A stretch of DNA of 64,000 nucleotides from Minisyncoccota bacterium (GCA_035627595.1 DASPLK010000002.1:224481-288480); one strand, 5' to 3'; positions 35,570-45,493 are shown, counted from the stretch's first letter. Numbers and translations are program-made. Notes: a model not told the origin generated them from the letters alone.

Positions 35570-36838
35570 CTAGTTGTCTGACTGCTTGAACGCATTTGCG
35601 ACCGCACCCCGGAACATCTCTTCCGTATAGTCACGTCCCTTCTTCCAAAGCTGCGTAAGAGAAGGCGTGCGACCTGGCTTATACAGCTCTGCGTATGAGT
35701 TAGGCTGTCCGAGGACAATGTCGCGGAAAACCATTGCTGTTATGGCGCTATAGGTCATACCGGTACCGGAGAATGCGGTCGCAAGAAGCTGCTTGGGCTC
35801 GTATTCACCGATGAATGCCAAGCCATCAATCGGCTCAAGGATGTACCCGCTCCAACGGCGCACGATTGGATACTGTTTGCCAAATATCTCCTCTACGTAC
35901 TCTTCAAGCGCCGCGTAGCTCTCCTCTTCCATCTTCCTGGACTTCAGTTCAGCTCTATGATCCTCGCCGCCGATAACAATGCGGTCCTTGCCCCCAAGTG
36001 CCTTCCCTGGATCTACGCGGAAGTAGTGGTAAGGATTATCCATATCCTCGTAGATGCCTTCAGGATACTTGCCCTTGGGCACCGCAAGCTCAAGAATGTA
36101 CGTAATGTACATCCCCTTCTGGAGGAATACTTCCTTCGGATTGTTGAACGGCTGGTACGTGGTGACCGCAGTCCATTCAGCGGTGACGGTGTGGCGCCCC
36201 GCAGACACGCGAAGCGGACCGTCACCCTCTATCTCATCCACTCCTGTCTGTTCATAGAGCCCAACGCCCATGCGACCAAGCGCTTCTAGGAGTCCTGCAG
36301 CGAACTTAACTGAGTGGAACTTCGCTTGGTTACGTACGGCCATTATGGAGCGCGCATAGATGCCGATGTCCTCCTTGTGCATCTTTACAGAGAAACCGAG
36401 CCGCTTCATTTCCTTAAACTCTTCATCTAGATCACGCTCCTCGCTCCTGTCGTTTGCGTATGCATAGTTGATGCAGCGCGTAAATTCGCAGTCGATCTTC
36501 TCTTCCTTTGCTATGCGCTCTATTAGATTGATTGCGTCACCATGCGAGTTCCATATTTGCTTCGCGCCATCATCACCGAACATGGGGACCTGGTCGACCA
36601 CGTCCGTATCAATGGATTGCGTAAGGAAGCCCGTCGTAAAGCCGCTTCCCTTCTGGAAGAACCGATCTTTCTCAAGCACCACGACCGACTTACCCGCCTT
36701 CGCAAGCTCATATGCACTCAAAAGGCCAGCAAGGCCACCGCCAATAACCGTCACATCGCAGGTGACGTCACTGGTAAGCTTCGGGTATTTAGGCAGGTCC
36801 TGGGTCGCGAGCCAGGTAGAGATTTCTTTTGTAGCCAT
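35570..36838 (-). CDS. FAD-dependent oxidoreductase (DAO/PuuB-like)
   Basis: VIGGGLAG, IGGEDH, RWSG..EPIDGLAFIG and FSGTGMT. Confidence 0.88.
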   Translation of the reverse strand: MATKEISTWLATQDLPKYPKLTSDVTCDVTVIGGGLAGLLSAYELAKAGKSVVVLEKDRFFQKGSGFTTGFLTQSIDTDVVDQVPMFGDDGAKQIWNSHGDAINLIERIAKEEKIDCEFTRCINYAYANDRSEERDLDEEFKEMKRLGFSVKMHKEDIGIYARSIMAVRNQAKFHSVKFAAGLLEALGRMGVGLYEQTGVDEIEGDGPLRVSAGRHTVTAEWTAVTTYQPFNNPKEVFLQKGMYITYILELAVPKGKYPEGIYEDMDNPYHYFRVDPGKALGGKDRIVIGGEDHRAELKSRKMEEESYAALEEYVEEIFGKQYPIVRRWSGYILEPIDGLAFIGEYEPKQLLATAFSGTGMTYSAITAMVFRDIVLGQPNSYAELYKPGRTPSLTQLWKKGRDYTEEMFRGAVANAFKQSDN

Positions 36839-36883
36839 GCGCTCGAGTGTACGGAGCGCTAGGTGAACAGGATATGAGGAGCC

Positions 36884-37297
36884 TTATGCTGCGGCCTCAG
36901 CGTAGCGTGTGAAGCTATCAAGAATAGCCTGCCATCCCTCCCTTTGAAGTTCGACAGGGTTCTCACTTTCAGGAGCGAACGATACGGTCATGTGCGTGTT
37001 TTCGCCTTCGGACCGAAACAGCACCTCGACCGATCGCCCGTCGTCCATTGTGTATGCGATGCGCTCGTGTTCTACCACCGCGTTATAGTTACCGGCGAAA
37101 TCAAAGCCGAAGCTACCATCCTTTGCTTCCATGCGACTAAGGAATCTTCCACCCTCACGCAGGTCGTTTTCGGCATAGGGTGTGTGCCAATCAGGAGATG
37201 CGGTATTCCAAACCGTTATGGCTTCAGGGCTCGTATAGTCGCTCCAGACCCTTTCAACTGGCGCGTGTACGAGCGTAGTTACAACTATCGGCTCCAT
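36884..37297 (-). CDS. SRPBCC/AHSA1 domain protein
   Basis: WNTASPDWH, DLREGGRF, RMEAKDGSFGFDF and QREGWQAIL. Confidence 0.92.
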   Translation of the reverse strand: MEPIVVTTLVHAPVERVWSDYTSPEAITVWNTASPDWHTPYAENDLREGGRFLSRMEAKDGSFGFDFAGNYNAVVEHERIAYTMDDGRSVEVLFRSEGENTHMTVSFAPESENPVELQREGWQAILDSFTRYAEAAA

Positions 37298-37299
37298 AG

Positions 37300-37638
37300 C
37301 TATCCAATATCCTTATTGACCTGCATTACCTCTATCCAGCCACCTGGGATGCCGAAGTGTGGATGGTCTTTGAATATGTTTGCCGCAGCTTCAAGCGACT
37401 CAGCTTCAACGAAGGAATACATCATGATGTCGTTGCGGGCGTCCTCGATGCCGTCTGCGGTGATGCGCTTAGGCTTGCCGACCCCTGCGCTCTCAATAAG
37501 CGCATCCTTGTGTTCTGCCATCCAGGCATTCCACTCTGACTGCATCTGTACCTCCCCTGCCTTTCGCTCCTCCTCAGGCATTTTCATCCACTCATCAAGG
37601 CCCGTATGGGGCATCTGGTATGTGACAAAGAATTTCAT
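37300..37638 (-). CDS. YciI/DGPF-like hypothetical protein
   Basis: MKFFVTY...W.AW...YSFVEAESLEAA..F.DHPH..IEV. Confidence 0.75.
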   Translation of the reverse strand: MKFFVTYQMPHTGLDEWMKMPEEERKAGEVQMQSEWNAWMAEHKDALIESAGVGKPKRITADGIEDARNDIMMYSFVEAESLEAAANIFKDHPHFGIPGGWIEVMQVNKDIG

Positions 37639-37711
37639 ATACGTTCACTATACTCCATCTATACGACAGTATTATTTGACTCTCGTAGTCTCCTTGATAC
37701 CCTTAATCACA

Positions 37712-37914
37712 GTTAGGCGGGAGACAGGTAGCCAGACCAGCCCAGTGGAACTCATGGCCCCACTGAGGCCGAGAACGGATATCTGACCCCGACCATGGGG
37801 ACAGTCTCTTAGGAGAACCAGATGGCGCTGGTATTCCGCTTCTTCTCGGCTCTTTCAGGAGGGTGAGTCTCTCCACCCTTCTCCGATCTCAGGCGCACCT
37901 TTGGGTGCGCCTTT
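37712..37914 (+). ncRNA. Candidate structured small RNA (class unknown) with its own promoter and terminator; contains a 14-codon ORF
   Basis: TTGACT-N16-TACCCT at 37676-37703; long-range pairings GCCGAGAA/TTCTCGGC and GAGAC/GTCTC; terminator at 37891-37914. Confidence 0.4.
37891..37914 (+). terminator. Rho-independent terminator
   Basis: AGGCGCACC-tttg-GGTGCGCCT followed by TT. Confidence 0.7.
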
Positions 37915-37953
37915 CCTTATTTTGCTCTAGCGCTGTTAGTGTAAAATGCGCGC

Positions 37954-38277
37954 ATGTCCAACGCACCGATCCTGGGCGGCACCGCGCACAGACTGCCTAC
38001 GGACATGCATGATGCGCTCATCTCAGACAAGAAGGCGCGAGCGGCATGGGAGACCCTTACTCCACTCTCCCGTAACGAATGGATCTGCTGGACCATCTCT
38101 GTAAAGAAGGAAGAGACGCGAAAGGAGCACGTGAAGAGATTGACGACCGAACTAAAGGAAGGAAAACGCCGACCATGCTGCTGGATAGGATGCATACACA
38201 GGAAAGATAAGCCCGTAAGCCCATCAGTGCAGGGCATACTTAATAGAAGGACTAGAGAGGAAGGTCGCGCGCTATAA
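37954..38277 (+). CDS. YdeI/OmpD-associated family protein
   Basis: LTPLSRNEWICW, KKEETR and GKRRPCCW.GC.HR. Confidence 0.88.
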   Translation: MSNAPILGGTAHRLPTDMHDALISDKKARAAWETLTPLSRNEWICWTISVKKEETRKEHVKRLTTELKEGKRRPCCWIGCIHRKDKPVSPSVQGILNRRTREEGRAL

Positions 38278-38303
38278 CGCACACGGCCCACTGGCGGAAG
38301 ATC

Positions 38304-38336
38304 CACTTTGGTGGGTCTTCTGTTTTATTAGCTGGG
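38304..38336 (+). terminator. Rho-independent terminator
   Basis: GCGGAAGATCCAC-tttg-GTGGGTCTTCTGT followed by TTT. Confidence 0.7.
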
Positions 38337-38436
38337 TGTCTGGGACGATGTTGGAACTTGTTTATGTCATTGACAAAACTATTCAATATGTTATATAGTG
38401 ACGGTCCAGTAACAACTGAACTGAAGGAATGAGACA

Positions 38437-38757
38437 ATGACCTTTGTACCCATGGCCCTCGGAGTTGTCCGAGAAGCCCATGACGACCGTCCTCGCAAGG
38501 TGTTCAGGCTCAAGCGGAACAAGCGGAACATGACCAACGACGAGATCCGAAAGGCGCTCGGTGTCGGCGACCACAGCGCTCCGCTTCTCATTTCGGAGAA
38601 CGCCTTCTACACCGAGGTCGACAGCCCTACGCCCGAAGGCTGCCAGTTCTTCGGATGGCGCATGGGCCCGGACACATTCAATGTTGTCGCGACCGAGTCG
38701 CACGCCGGGCTCGTCGCCAAAGCGGAAGCGATCGGTAACTTCGTTCGCTACTACTGA
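38437..38757 (+). CDS. Orphan hypothetical protein (106 aa)
   Basis: TTGACA-N18-TATAGT promoter at 38370-38399, AAGGA SD-like site, C/G-ending codons, terminator hairpin at 38767-38805. Confidence 0.7.
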   Translation: MTFVPMALGVVREAHDDRPRKVFRLKRNKRNMTNDEIRKALGVGDHSAPLLISENAFYTEVDSPTPEGCQFFGWRMGPDTFNVVATESHAGLVAKAEAIGNFVRYY

Positions 38758-38812
38758 GAGCTCTTCAAGGCTCCGTGAGAGGCTTCGGCTTCCTACGGAG
38801 CCTTTCATGTTG

Positions 38813-38886
38813 TGGCTGGGAGACTAGGGATCGAACCTAGATTCACGGCTTCAAAGGCCGCTGTCCTACCATTAGACGATCTCCCA
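38813..38886 (-). tRNA. tRNA-Gln(UUG)
   Basis: TGGGAGATCGTCTAATGGTAGGACAGCGGCCTTTGAAGCCGTGAATCTAGGTTCGATCCCTAGTCTCCCAGCCA forms a cloverleaf with anticodon TTG. Confidence 0.95.
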
Positions 38887-38930
38887 ATGAGAACATAACA
38901 ATCCTGCCCGAGAACGGGCGTGAGGGCAAG

Positions 38931-39830
38931 CTACTCTAGCTCACACGCAACGTTAAGCGCCGCGATATCCTCTGCATGAAGCTCGAGATCCCCGCCTGAG
39001 TTGTACGGATACATCAGGGACTGTGGGCTGTCCGTATGGAGGATGCCAAGCGCATGCCCGAACTCGTGCGCCATAACGCGGACAAGTTGCTCCCTGGTGC
39101 GAAACTCATAGACGGTGATGCGCGCGCCGTTCGCATCCTCTATGTACTGGCCCTGGTCGAACTCTTCTCCCGCTACTTCATTATAGACGTCCACTTTCCT
39201 ATTTACCTTCTCCGCAAGCATATTAAGTTCCTGCACCTCCATGTTTATGTCCGCAATCATGCGATTCAGTCTTACTGCTTCGGCATTGATTTCCTGCTGC
39301 TTGCGCTCAAGACTTCTACGCGTATTCTCAAGCTTCTCATACTCGCCAGGCGGCGCGCCGCCTTGCCGGTTCCATGAGGCGACCTCCGCATCATATGCAC
39401 TCTTCGCGCGCTCGAATGAGGCAAGCGCCGCGTCATGCGCTTCAACACGCGATTCATGAGATGCTATAAGCAAGTCAACTTCGTCACGCTTCTTCTCGTA
39501 TGCGGCTTGATCGCTATTAATGGCTGAGCCAAGCTGCGCCGTTGCTTGGCGCTCGTCGTATGCAAGACTTACGGGAACATCACCATCTTCGCTATAGGCA
39601 ATGATCGTCTTCCCCGCAGCTGTATTCCAAACTAAAGCAGCTTCCCTGAGCACGGCCCGAAGCTCCGTCTCGGACACTCCGAAGCGCTCATCTACTGAGC
39701 CAATACGGTAGGTAAGAGGTGTGGAGCATGCAGGTGTTAGCGACGCACTTTCTAATATGTACGCACCACCTGCGACAAAGGCTCCCACAACAATCGCCCC
39801 GGCTATGAGTTTGGTCGCCGGTCCCTGCAT
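38931..39830 (-). CDS. Matrixin-family zinc metalloprotease with coiled-coil insert
   Basis: HEFGHALGILH plus Met-turn SLMYP; N-terminal anchor. Confidence 0.9.
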   Translation of the reverse strand: MQGPATKLIAGAIVVGAFVAGGAYILESASLTPACSTPLTYRIGSVDERFGVSETELRAVLREAALVWNTAAGKTIIAYSEDGDVPVSLAYDERQATAQLGSAINSDQAAYEKKRDEVDLLIASHESRVEAHDAALASFERAKSAYDAEVASWNRQGGAPPGEYEKLENTRRSLERKQQEINAEAVRLNRMIADINMEVQELNMLAEKVNRKVDVYNEVAGEEFDQGQYIEDANGARITVYEFRTREQLVRVMAHEFGHALGILHTDSPQSLMYPYNSGGDLELHAEDIAALNVACELE

Positions 39831-39832
39831 GG

Positions 39833-40855
39833 TTATTCTGAAAGCCCGTGTATGGCAAGCTCAAGCGGAAGCGCAGGCACAGGACTATAGCGGAGCATGC
39901 TCGCAGCATCGAGAAGCGCGATAAGTGTCTTATGCGTCAGCTTAGAGCCTTCTGCTTTGGCGACAGCTTCGACATCCGCATACGATTCTCCAAGCTCCTT
40001 CTGAATATCCGCACGCAGCTCCGGCGCATGGCGCACAAGAAGCACATTGCGCGCGTACTCCGTCACGAGCGTAAGGAAAAGACCCATGTCAACGCTCTGC
40101 TTCTCTGCTGTGTGCACCGTGACAAGGGCAGCACCCTTATCACCCTCTGAAAGCGCCCGTACGAGCGCTTCAACGAGCGCGCCTTTAGGCGCTCCTGTAG
40201 CCTTCTCCGCGTTCTCTCGCGATACATTTTTGTCCGAAGAAGCTGAGAGCACGCGTTCGAGTATGGAAAGTGCGTCGCGGTACGAACCTTCCGCAAGAAG
40301 CGCAATAAGATCGGCCGCAGACGGGTCAACCGTATAGCCCTCCTTCTTAGACACATCTAGCACAAGCTTGGCGAGACCCTCGCGCGCGGGCTTCTTAAAT
40401 TCAAACACCTGACAGCGCGAGAGTACCGTTTCCGGTACTTTGGTAGCCTCGGTCGTAGCAAGCACGAATACGATGTAGGGCGGCGGCTCCTCTAGCGTCT
40501 TCAGTAGCGCATTCCAAGCGCTCTTTGAGAGCATGTGTGCCTCATCGAGGATGTAGAACTTATATGGCGATTCAAACGGCAGCGTATGCACGTTCTCGTT
40601 GAGCGAACGTATGTTATCGACGCCCGTATTGGATGCTGCGTCTATCTCGTAGAGATCCTTATCAGACACTTTTAGCTCATTTGCAAAGATACGCGCGATG
40701 GAGGTCTTTCCGAGTCCGCGCGAGCCAGCAAAGAGGTATGCATGCCCCACCTTCCCAGACGCGATTGCCTCCTGGAGTGCGTTTGTAACTTGCTCCTGCC
40801 CGCGCACTTCTGCAAAGGTGGCTGGGCGGTATGCCCTATACAAGGACTGACTCAT
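39833..40855 (-). CDS. dnaX: DNA polymerase III subunit gamma/tau (short form)
   Basis: LYRAYRP, HAYLFAGSRGLGKT, EIDAASN, ILDEAHML, LLKTLEEPP and SRCQ. Confidence 0.95.
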   Translation of the reverse strand: MSQSLYRAYRPATFAEVRGQEQVTNALQEAIASGKVGHAYLFAGSRGLGKTSIARIFANELKVSDKDLYEIDAASNTGVDNIRSLNENVHTLPFESPYKFYILDEAHMLSKSAWNALLKTLEEPPPYIVFVLATTEATKVPETVLSRCQVFEFKKPAREGLAKLVLDVSKKEGYTVDPSAADLIALLAEGSYRDALSILERVLSASSDKNVSRENAEKATGAPKGALVEALVRALSEGDKGAALVTVHTAEKQSVDMGLFLTLVTEYARNVLLVRHAPELRADIQKELGESYADVEAVAKAEGSKLTHKTLIALLDAASMLRYSPVPALPLELAIHGLSE

Positions 40856-40933
40856 GGGACGAGTGTACCACGCTCCATTTTGCGTATAAAAGAGACGTCT
40901 CCGCTTGCGCGGAGACGCTTTCTTGCCTGGAAT

Positions 40934-41302
40934 CTAGAGTCGTGCCAGCACGTACTCACGGAAAGCAGCTGAATTGTGCTGCTTTCTCAGGAACTCGCCG
41001 CCGAGCGCTTTCACCTCTCGCTCGGTCATGAACGTAAGGTCGTGTGAGTGGACGAAAATCTTCGGCGCACCCTGCTGGAACCGGCTGGCCATCTGAATGA
41101 GCTCGACGCTCACGTTACGTAGCGAATGCAACGTGTTGTCCAGGATGATCAGATCATACTCGGCCTTTCTCAGGGCAACTACGCTGTCGCGGTAATCGGT
41201 AGCGATCGTAAGGTCGATTGGCAGACCCTCAAGCGCCTTCTCGGCAAATGCACGCCACTGATCCTCGTCTTCGACGAGCAGAACCTGCTTGTTTCTAGAC
41301 AT
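40934..41302 (-). CDS. Orphan single-domain response regulator
   Basis: LLVEDE, LIILDN, VHS and LRK receiver residues; GGGAG SD; hairpin at 40896-40917 downstream. Confidence 0.8.
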   Translation of the reverse strand: MSRNKQVLLVEDEDQWRAFAEKALEGLPIDLTIATDYRDSVVALRKAEYDLIILDNTLHSLRNVSVELIQMASRFQQGAPKIFVHSHDLTFMTEREVKALGGEFLRKQHNSAAFREYVLARL

Positions 41303-41355
41303 GATGCTGTCTCCCTTCTTGAGACACAACATCATTATCGGTTTCCAATGTCAAC

Positions 41356-42342
41356 TTATAGATTCTGCAGCGCCACCTGTATATGACTTTGGAGCTCTTC
41401 TACATCCTTCGCGTCCATAAGTTTCGTACGGAGTTCTGCTGCATTGTCGTATCCGGTAACGAACGCCTTCACATGCTTCTTCAAAAGATGGAACGACTTG
41501 GCGGGACGCATTTTTGAAAACTCTTCGCTCAGTAGGAGCAGCGCCTCGAGCTTCTCCTTTGAAGAAGCTTCGTGCCCGGTGAATACCCAAGGGTTTCCGA
41601 ATATCGCACGTCCGAGCATGATGCCATCTGCGCCGCTTGCTGCGACCTTGTTACGCGCATCTTCAATGCTTGCCACGTCTCCGTTCCCAAGTATCCGTGT
41701 CCCAGGCGATACCTCATCGCGCAGCGCAACTACCTTAGGCATGAGTTCCCAATGCGCCGGTACCTTAGACATCTCCTTGCGGGTCCTCAAGTGTACGGTG
41801 AGCGCATCAGGCCTAGTCATGAGTACCGTGCGTATCCATGTATCAATCTCCTCATGGTTGTATCCGATACGAGTCTTAACCGACACGCCCATGTCTGACC
41901 TGCCTGCGTCAGCGATACCCTGACGTGCCGCTTCGACGATATCAGGCACGAGTTCCGGTTGCTTGATCATGCCGGCGCCACATCCCTGACGCTCGATCGC
42001 TTTATCAGGGCACCCCATATTGATATCTACGCCATCAAAGCCAAGCTCTCCGGCGAGCTTCGCGGCGTATCGGATCATCTCAGGCTTAGAGGAGAATATC
42101 TGTGCGACGATTGGGTGCTCACTCGTATCAAATATGAGATCGCGCATGAGCGGGTTCTCTGCATCAAGCATCTTCTTCATCTCGCGGGTGTGGTACAGCC
42201 CGTCTGCGGAGACAAACTCCGTCCACATAACATCTGCACGCCCAAATTTAGCGATCACCTTTCTATATGCAGGATCGGTGACGTCCGCCATGGGCGCGAG
42301 AACGAAAAAAGGCCTTTGAAGGTCTTTCCAAAAGGATTCCAT
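41356..42342 (-). CDS. dus: tRNA-dihydrouridine synthase
   Basis: LAPMADVTD, TEFVS, DINMGCP, SVKTRIG, GNGD and MLGRA. Confidence 0.94.
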   Translation of the reverse strand: MESFWKDLQRPFFVLAPMADVTDPAYRKVIAKFGRADVMWTEFVSADGLYHTREMKKMLDAENPLMRDLIFDTSEHPIVAQIFSSKPEMIRYAAKLAGELGFDGVDINMGCPDKAIERQGCGAGMIKQPELVPDIVEAARQGIADAGRSDMGVSVKTRIGYNHEEIDTWIRTVLMTRPDALTVHLRTRKEMSKVPAHWELMPKVVALRDEVSPGTRILGNGDVASIEDARNKVAASGADGIMLGRAIFGNPWVFTGHEASSKEKLEALLLLSEEFSKMRPAKSFHLLKKHVKAFVTGYDNAAELRTKLMDAKDVEELQSHIQVALQNL

Positions 42343-42374
42343 GGGGCTACCTTAGCGCAAAGACGCTGCTTTTC

Positions 42375-43328
42375 CTACAGTGCAGCTGCCTCTCCTATCC
42401 TCTTTACGTACACTTTCCCTTTGAATCTAAGGTCAACATATTCGAGCTCACCGCTGCCAATATTCAGGGTTGGAAATGCGGAAGCCGCAAGGTCTGCTGC
42501 TGCCTTTTCGCGTCCGAGGATGTAGGTAATGCGTGTTCCCTCAGGGGTGTAGAGATCCGCTTCGTCTTCGCGTATCTCTACCGAAACGATGCCGACATTA
42601 AGGGACTTCATCGCCTTAACAAATCGAAGTGCATCCGGTAGCCTGCCAGCTCCAACCACATGCGCGCGTATCGGCGTCTCGCCTTCAGCGCCCTCAAGTG
42701 GCGCATAGATACGAAGTACGCTCATGTCGACGTCCTCAACAATGGGCTCTACTGGAGCAGCCTTCGCTTCAGGAGCAGTTGCCGCTTCCATCTGCATGGC
42801 AATAACTGGCTCCTGGTACCCCTCCTCAAGCGCAAACACGAAACCTTCTGCGTCTGCCTGGTAGCACGGAGATGCGGTACCTGCGGTAGCGCCGCACCAG
42901 ATGAACGCTGACGTGCGCGGAACGTTCGTGAGGGAGATAGAGGTGAAGCCAGTGCGCTTTATCGCGACTGCCGTCACCGCAGGATATGTATCGAGTACCT
43001 TCCGGCGCATCGCGCCTTCAGGAAATATAAAAATAGAATTCTTAGGGAGCACATAGAAATACGTTCCCTCAAGTGCCGCCTCCGCAATAGCGCGCGTCTC
43101 CTCTGCATTTGGACCTGCTGTGGCAATGCTATTGATACGCACGAACGGTTGCCACATCAGGTATACGAGCGCAGCAAAAAGCACTGCCGCAAGTACGCCG
43201 AGCACGATAAACAATACACGACGCTGCTTCTTCCTGCGCTCCTTCAAGCTCTCACGTCGCGTACGTACAGGCGCCTCAGGAGCGCTCCGCGGCTCACGCC
43301 GGACGTCCCAGGACCTCTTTGCCGACAT
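42375..43328 (-). CDS. FtsQ/DivIB-like cell division protein
   Basis: Basic N-terminus, single TM, POTRA-like segment and C-terminal YVDLRF-GKVYVK. Confidence 0.72.
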   Translation of the reverse strand: MSAKRSWDVRREPRSAPEAPVRTRRESLKERRKKQRRVLFIVLGVLAAVLFAALVYLMWQPFVRINSIATAGPNAEETRAIAEAALEGTYFYVLPKNSIFIFPEGAMRRKVLDTYPAVTAVAIKRTGFTSISLTNVPRTSAFIWCGATAGTASPCYQADAEGFVFALEEGYQEPVIAMQMEAATAPEAKAAPVEPIVEDVDMSVLRIYAPLEGAEGETPIRAHVVGAGRLPDALRFVKAMKSLNVGIVSVEIREDEADLYTPEGTRITYILGREKAAADLAASAFPTLNIGSGELEYVDLRFKGKVYVKRIGEAAAL

Positions 43329-44607
43329 ACGGAACGAGTGCTTTCGGGACGCGGATGGTGCCGTCCTCCTGCTGGTAATTCTCAATGATAGCGATGAGTG
43401 TGCGACCTATCGCAAACGCAGTAGCGTCATTCATGTGCACATGCGAGAGTTCGCCTTCCGTCCCCCTGACCCTCGTATTTAACCTGCGTGCCTGATATCC
43501 GCCCATGTAGTCGGAGGTCTGCGTCTCGCGATACGTATCTTGCCCAGGCATCCAAGTTTCAATGTCGTACTGGCGCTGATCTGGCTTTCCCATATCGCCG
43601 GTGCATATAGCCATCACGCGGTACGGAAGCCCAAGAGATTGCATGAGGTGTTCCTGTATCGCCACAAAGAAATCCTGCTCGCGGTAACCATTTTCCGGCA
43701 ACGAAAAACTTTCAAGCTCGAGCTTGTCGAACTGATGCTGGCGAAGTATGCCGCGCGTATCTTTTCCGTACGTACCCGCCTCCCTACGAAAGGCGGTCGA
43801 GTATCCTGCGTAGCGAATAGGCAACTGCGACTCCTCGATAATCTCGTTCATATGCAGGGGCCCGAGCGTGTGCTCGGCACTGCCGACAAATACAAGTTCG
43901 TCCTTCTCAAAGTAGTACCGCTCATCTATGGGATGGAGCCGTGCCATGCGACCCATCACATCCGCCCGCATCATCACCGGAGGGATGACTGGCGTAAACG
44001 GCTTAGGGTCGATGTCGAGATTCGCTGCCCGCGCTATCTCTGCAAGCCTCTCTCGGGAAGTGAGAATGGAAAAGGCGAATTGAATAAGCGCGAACTGGAC
44101 GAGTACCAGGTCGCCTTTGATATAGCTAAAGCGCGCGCCGGATATTTCGGCTGCCTTTTCTGTATCGATAATATCGAGGGCCTTTCCTATCTCCCAGTGT
44201 GGCTTAGGGACAAACGAGAACGTTGGCTTCTCTCCCCATTCACGCGCGACCACATTGCCTGATTCATCGGGACCAACAGGAGTATCCGGTGATGGAATGT
44301 TAGGCACCGACAGAATAAGCTTGGTCCATTCCTCAGTTAGCGTATTGAACGTGCCTTCAAGTTCGGTAAAGCCGTCCTTAACATGCCGCATGCGCTCGAT
44401 GAGCGACGTACGCTCATCGCCCTGGGCCCGCTGGATTACGGCTGACATGCGATTTTGCTCTGCCTTCTTCTCGTCCATCTGCTGACGAATGGTCTTGCGC
44501 TCCACGTCAACAGCGAGCAGTCGATCTATGTCGACCTCGACGCCCTTCTTTCTAGCTGCGTCTTTTACGATGTCCGTATTCTCCCGGATGAAGTTGATGT
44601 CGAGCAT
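43294..44607 (-). CDS. serS: Serine--tRNA ligase
   Basis: MLDINFIREN, PNIP, FRREAG, RGILRQHQFDKLE, YDIETWMP, QARRL and IIENYQ. Confidence 0.97.
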   Translation of the reverse strand: MLDINFIRENTDIVKDAARKKGVEVDIDRLLAVDVERKTIRQQMDEKKAEQNRMSAVIQRAQGDERTSLIERMRHVKDGFTELEGTFNTLTEEWTKLILSVPNIPSPDTPVGPDESGNVVAREWGEKPTFSFVPKPHWEIGKALDIIDTEKAAEISGARFSYIKGDLVLVQFALIQFAFSILTSRERLAEIARAANLDIDPKPFTPVIPPVMMRADVMGRMARLHPIDERYYFEKDELVFVGSAEHTLGPLHMNEIIEESQLPIRYAGYSTAFRREAGTYGKDTRGILRQHQFDKLELESFSLPENGYREQDFFVAIQEHLMQSLGLPYRVMAICTGDMGKPDQRQYDIETWMPGQDTYRETQTSDYMGGYQARRLNTRVRGTEGELSHVHMNDATAFAIGRTLIAIIENYQQEDGTIRVPKALVPYVGKEVLGRPA

Positions 44608-44632
44608 AGGACTATAATAGATGAAGCATAGT

Positions 44633-45493
44633 ATGGAGACGGGCCTTCTACAACTCACCCCCGCGGACTACCCTGAGCAGCTCAGGGAGATACCGCAACC
44701 ACCAACACAGTTATACCTGCGCGGCAGCATGCCCAACGCCAATACCCGATATCTCGCGGTTGTAGGTTCGCGAGCGCTTTCTCCATACGGAAAGGAGGCA
44801 TGCACCGCACTTATTAAAGGCCTCAAGGGCCACCCAATCTCAATCGTCTCGGGTCTTGCGCTTGGCGCGGACGCAGCTGCGCATGAAGCGGCGCTTGATG
44901 CTGATCTCCATACCATTGCAGTACTTGGCTCGGGCATCTCAGACCACGCGATTTCTCCGCGCACGAATCTCGCGCTTGCTAAGCGCATCTTAGACGCAAG
45001 CGGTGCACTCGTTGGCGAGAACAGCCCGGACCATGTGCCCTTCCCGTCTGATTTCCCAAAGCGCAATCGTATTGTCGCGGGCCTTGCACATGCCGTACTC
45101 ATCATAGAAGCGGGAGAGCGCTCCGGTACCCTTATCACGGCGAGACTTGCCGGCGAGTACAACCGAGATCTTATGTGCATACCGCACAGGACCACTGACC
45201 CAGGTGGATACGGCGCGAACCTTTTCATACGCCTGGGAGCAGCACTTGTTACCGAGTCCAACCACATCCTCGAAGTCCTTGGACTTAATGGCACTCCTAA
45301 AGTGCGTGATGAGCTCCTTACGGATATGCAGGCGTCACTTCTCACTCTTATTGATACACCAAAGCCTAAAGACGAACTTATCAAGGCATCCGGGTTTGCT
45401 CCCTCTGATGCTCTTACCGCACTTATTTCACTTGAGATGAAGGGGCTCGCGGAAGAGAAATATGGGGTCTGGCAGAGACGCAGGGAGACGTAG
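44633..45493 (+). CDS. dprA: DNA-processing protein DprA
   Basis: LREIPQPP, AVVGSR, IVSGLALGAD, FPKRNRIVAGL and SGTLITA. Confidence 0.95.
   Translation: METGLLQLTPADYPEQLREIPQPPTQLYLRGSMPNANTRYLAVVGSRALSPYGKEACTALIKGLKGHPISIVSGLALGADAAAHEAALDADLHTIAVLGSGISDHAISPRTNLALAKRILDASGALVGENSPDHVPFPSDFPKRNRIVAGLAHAVLIIEAGERSGTLITARLAGEYNRDLMCIPHRTTDPGGYGANLFIRLGAALVTESNHILEVLGLNGTPKVRDELLTDMQASLLTLIDTPKPKDELIKASGFAPSDALTALISLEMKGLAEEKYGVWQRRRET

Noticed and set aside
39833-40855. Short dnaX as a frameshifted gene or pseudogene
   Set aside because: The clamp-loader domains are intact and the next gene starts immediately after the stop, leaving no room for a tau extension; this fits a reduced genome.
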